Source: the human T2T-CHM13v2.0 reference genome, Homo sapiens. Taken from it: a stretch of DNA of 64,000 bases. The translations under genes and the position numbers were made by a program. This document shows, piece by piece, positions 59,840-64,000 of this stretch. The stretch lies in the NCBI RefSeq assembly GCF_009914755.1, contig NC_060928.1, one strand, 5' to 3'. Each line of letters opens with the position of its first letter. The stretch's first letter is position 1. The notes beneath the pieces are model-generated. The model ran no database searches. It was not told the DNA's origin and saw only the letters and a list, made by a program, of their open reading frames with translations.

Positions 59840-60123
59840 CTTTTTCTTTTAAAAGATAGGGTCTCACTCTATGAGCCAGGCTGGAGTGCAGTGCTCACTC
59901 CAGCCTCAACCTCCCAAACTCAAGCAATGCTCCTGCTCAGCCTCCCAAGTAGCTGGGAGGCGTACACCACCACTCCTGGCTATGTTTTTTTTTTTTTTTT
60001 TTTTTTTAATAGAGTCGTGGTCTCACTATGTTGCCCAGGCTGGTCTCAAACTCCAGGCCTCAAGCAATCCTCCCTCCTCAGCCTCCCGAAGTGCTAGGAT
60101 TACAGGCATGAGCCACCATGGCC
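59840..60123 (-). mobile_element. AluJ-like
   Basis: GATAGGGTCTCACTCT...CTCACTATGTTGCCCAGGCTGG...GAGCCACCATGGCC. Confidence 0.85.
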
Positions 60124-61725
60124 AATAATGCCTTCTTGATAGAAAGAGCTTAAACAGACATATGAAAATGCAAATTGAAGAGTGGGCAAATAATACAATC
60201 AGCTATTCACATAAGGAAAAATGTATGCAAAATGTTGAATGTAATCAGTAAAGAACTGCCATGAAAACCACAATGGTGGTGTCTTTCACCCATCGAATCG
60301 GCAAGGATTTCATAGAAGCAATAATGCCCAATGGTGCAAAGGTGCAGGGACTAGAGATTCTGGCATAGGATTTGCAGGGGTACAAGGGGATGCATCTTTC
60401 AGGAAACCAATTTGGCAATAAGTGTCATAATCTTGAAAAATGTTAAAACCTCTGACCTTCTAATTCCACTTCTGGAAATCTAAAGAAAAATTAGAAATGC
60501 AAACAAATGTTTATATACAAAGATGTTCACCGTAACAGGATTTATAATAAAACGAATAGAAAGCATAAATGCCCAATAAAAAGAAAATAGCTAAGCAAAT
60601 TAACCATTATATTATACATTACAAGCCATTAAAAAGTTATTGATGAAAAGTAATTTGACTCATAAAATGTTAAGTGAAAAAAGAAGGGTTCCACATAACA
60701 GCTATTGCACAACCACATAGGGGAAAAATCATCCAAATACACAGGGAATGGAAAGCAATAATCCTTCACATTTAGAGTAAATTGTGATTGGGGGTAGAAC
60801 CAGAGGAAAACAATTTTTTTCCTTCCATTTTCTGACTTTCTTTAAATATTGGGGATGATACTGTTATTACGAGAAAACATAGCACAGCTATTTTAAAAAT
60901 TGGAAACACACCCTCGCTCTCCTTGAAGCACCACCATTTGAGGCTGCCTCCTCAGAGGGCTCCCCGACTGCCCCTTTCTGGACAGATCGCTCATGCCCTG
61001 TCTCTTTCCATTCTGCTGTTCTTTGCTTCCTTTGTGTCTTCTGATCAGTTCCCCCCAGTTCGATGTAACACACACCATAAAGGTCTACACTGTGCTGGTG
61101 TGAACCCAAACAGAGGGGAGCCAAGGTGGGAAGCAGGGACATATAGACGTGGTCCCCTCCCTCACAGAGCTCAGGGTTTGGCAGAAGAGCCAGACAGACA
61201 AACCATGTCCCATAATCCAGGAACAATGGAAAAAGTGCCCCAAAGGAGGCCTAAGTAACCGGCATTGGCTATTCAAGGAATGAAGCAATGGGAGAAGGTA
61301 ATGGTTGAGTTGGGTCTTGAAGGTGAGTAGCACTGGGCAGGCAGAGGAGAAAGGGCATTCATTCCTGGCAGGGGATCCACATGAGCAAGGGCCTCACAGC
61401 ATAGCCAGTTTCAGGGATGGCAGCCAGGCTAGTGATCCGGGTGATGGAAAAGAAAAGTGAAGTTAGATCAGCAAGGGCCTGGGCACAGCAGGCTGCAGAG
61501 ACTGGATCTGCTTCTGAGAACAAGGACACCCCCAGAGGTTTTCAAGGAGAAAAGGATGGACTCTGTAAAGGGACTGGCCTGTTTCCTCACTGTCACGTGG
61601 CAGAGTGCAGCTCATAATCAGGCTCAGAACAGATGCAGACAGGGGGATTTTTCACTCCACATAATCTTTGGATCTACCAAAGAACAAGGGATTCCCCAAA
61701 ACCCCGTTCCGAGGCTTTAACTGAC

Positions 61726-61890
61726 CTTTGTCCTGCACCAGCACCTCCAGCTCCTCCCGAACGCCATCGTACCAGCTTGTGATGTCCACGTGGAGGGAGT
61801 AATCACAGCAGGATTTGGTGTCAGCTGCTTCGTGCCACTTCTCGAAAGAGGTCAGTAGGCTGGACCCAGGTTCAGGAACAACATGGTCAA
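61726..61890 (-). CDS. CRMP1: CRMP1 exon 4, 165 bp (exons 1-3 lie beyond the window)
   Basis: gtcccag|TTGACC...ACAAAG|gtcagt; encodes (I)[54 protein letters not shown](G). Confidence 0.97.
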
Positions 61891-61947
61891 CTGGGACAGA
61901 GAAATATGCATCATGATGCTTCAGACTCAAGTGTTCCAATGGTAGCC

Positions 61948-63262
61948 ACATCATTACCACTACCACCATCATCACCATCATTACCATCACCACCATCATC
62001 ATCATCACCATAATTATCACACCATCACCATTATCACTATGACAGCCACCATCATTATCACCACCACAATCATCACCATCATTATCAACCCATCACCATG
62101 ACCATCATTACCATCACCATCATCATCATCATTACCATTATCACCACTACCACCACCATCATCACCATCATTATCACCCCATCACCATCATCACCATGAC
62201 CGCCACTATCATCATCATCATTATCAACCCATCACCATGACCATCATTACCATCACCATCATCATCATCATTACCATTATCACCACTACCACCACCGTCA
62301 TCACTATCATTATCGCTCATCACTATCATCACCTCCACCACCATCACTATCATCATCATTACCATCAGCACCATCATCACCACCACCACCATCCACTATC
62401 ATTACCACCATCCACTATTATCACCACTATCATTGTCACCCCACCACCATCATCACCATCACCACCACCACCACCATCATCATCATTACTAACATTATCA
62501 CCACCACCACCACCATCACCACCATCATCACCATCACCACCACCATCCACTATCATCACCACCATCCACTGTTATCACCACTATCATTATCACCCCACCA
62601 CCATCATCACCATCACCACCACCACCATCATCATTACTAACATTATCACCACCACCACCATCACCACCATCATCACCACCGCCACCATCCACTATCATCA
62701 CCACCATCCACTATTATCACCACCATCCACTATCATCACCACCATCTGCTATCATCACCACCATCCACTATTATCACCACTATCATTATCACCCCACCAT
62801 CACCACCACCACCATTATCACTAACATCACCACCACCACCACAATCATCATCACCATCACCACCACCACCATCCACTATCATCACTACCATCCACTATCA
62901 TCACCACTATCATTGTCACTCCACCACCATCATCACCACCCCATCACCAGCACCACCATCATCACCATCACCATCATCATCATCACTATCATTATCACCC
63001 CATCATCATCATCACCATCTTCATCACCACCATCCTATCACCATCATCATCATCCCTATTATCACCCCATCGCCATCACCACCATTATCATCACCATCAT
63101 CACCATCCTTTTCATAATCACTCCCACCATCATCATTGTCATACTGCCATCACTCACTATCATTAACCATAACCATTAGCAATGACATCATCACCATCAT
63201 CTTCAGTCTTCATTACCACCATCATCACCACCATTGTCATCATCATCACCATCATCATAACT
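61948..63262 (+). repeat. ~1.3-kb degenerate (CAT/CAC/TAT)n trinucleotide tract in CRMP1 intron 3
   Basis: Continuous CATCACCACCAT-type units with internal block duplications (e.g. ~62080-62158 vs ~62219-62296). Confidence 0.96.
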
Positions 63263-64000
63263 ATTTATGGAATGCTTACTATTTGTCAGATAATGCCACA
63301 AAAGCTTGACATAAGTTCGTTCATTCAATCCTCACAACTGTCCTGTAAAGTGAAAATTAATATACCCATTTTGCAGATGAAAAACTTGAGGCTCAAAGAG
63401 GGTAAAGCAATTGTCCAAGAGCGTACAACTAGTAAGCAGAAGAAGGAAGGTTATCCAAGACCTGTCAGACAGTCTGAACTCTTACCCACTGCTCCAAGCT
63501 ACCTCCTTTGGCATAGAATGCCAAGATGAAAAGGGCCTCCGAGACCCAACAAGTTCACTTCATCATCCTTTTTTCAAATAAAATCTTAAATGTAAAGTAG
63601 ATGAGAAAGGGGAGCCTGCAGTCAGTCTTTTAAACCTCCCTTGAGGCTTACTGCCCTGTTTCTTTGCACCCCCACCCTTCACAGGCAGATGTCAAAAAGA
63701 GAAGTCTCACCTCTCCTCCTCCCACTCACACCTCCATCCACTTAAAGCATCAGGCTTTGCTAATATGACCCTCACATCTCTAGGTCTAATGGGGAGCATG
63801 CAGTCCTCAGTCTCTTGGCCTCTCAGGGCACAGAGAGTCCCTCCCTCCTTCCTTAAACTCGCTTCTCTCCAGCTTCCATGGCAACGCCACCTTCTGGCTT
63901 TTTCGTTCCTTTGTCCTACTTCTTTGGCTGCCGCTTCTCAATCATCCTGAGGACTCCATCCCCTACTGTTCACTATGCTTACTAATTGGATCCCTTTTCT

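Noticed and set aside
62174-63179. Poly-His/Thr/Ile and poly-Met/Val ORFs
   Set aside because: Translations of the (CAY)n tract with no exon signals.

Overview
This is human (great-ape-type) genomic DNA from the EVC-CRMP1 junction on 4p16, with two convergent genes. The + strand carries the last eight exons of EVC (exons 14-21, stop at 16644-16646). Its long 3' UTR holds an ~18 x 58-bp minisatellite, a MER20 and a tail-less Alu. The - strand carries CRMP1 exons 4-14 (stop at 27369-27371, poly(A) signal at 26412-26417). Every exon boundary read is GT-AG and both reading frames are intact. Exon numbers come from my recollection of the reference gene models. The rest is Alu, L1/L2/MIR, MaLR/ERV LTRs, hAT elements and long simple repeats; repeat subfamily calls were made by eye. 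I found no convincing new gene or multi-gene system. The best leads are regulatory and untested: (1) a near-perfect CTCF motif inside the CRMP1 last coding exon; (2) the EVC 3' UTR minisatellite, which is nearly stop-free and rich in RUNX/ETS motifs; (3) a possible recursive-splice site at EVC exon 17; (4) weak EVC termination that may allow antisense read-through into CRMP1; (5) RBFOX-, UG- and UC-rich tracts next to CRMP1 exons.
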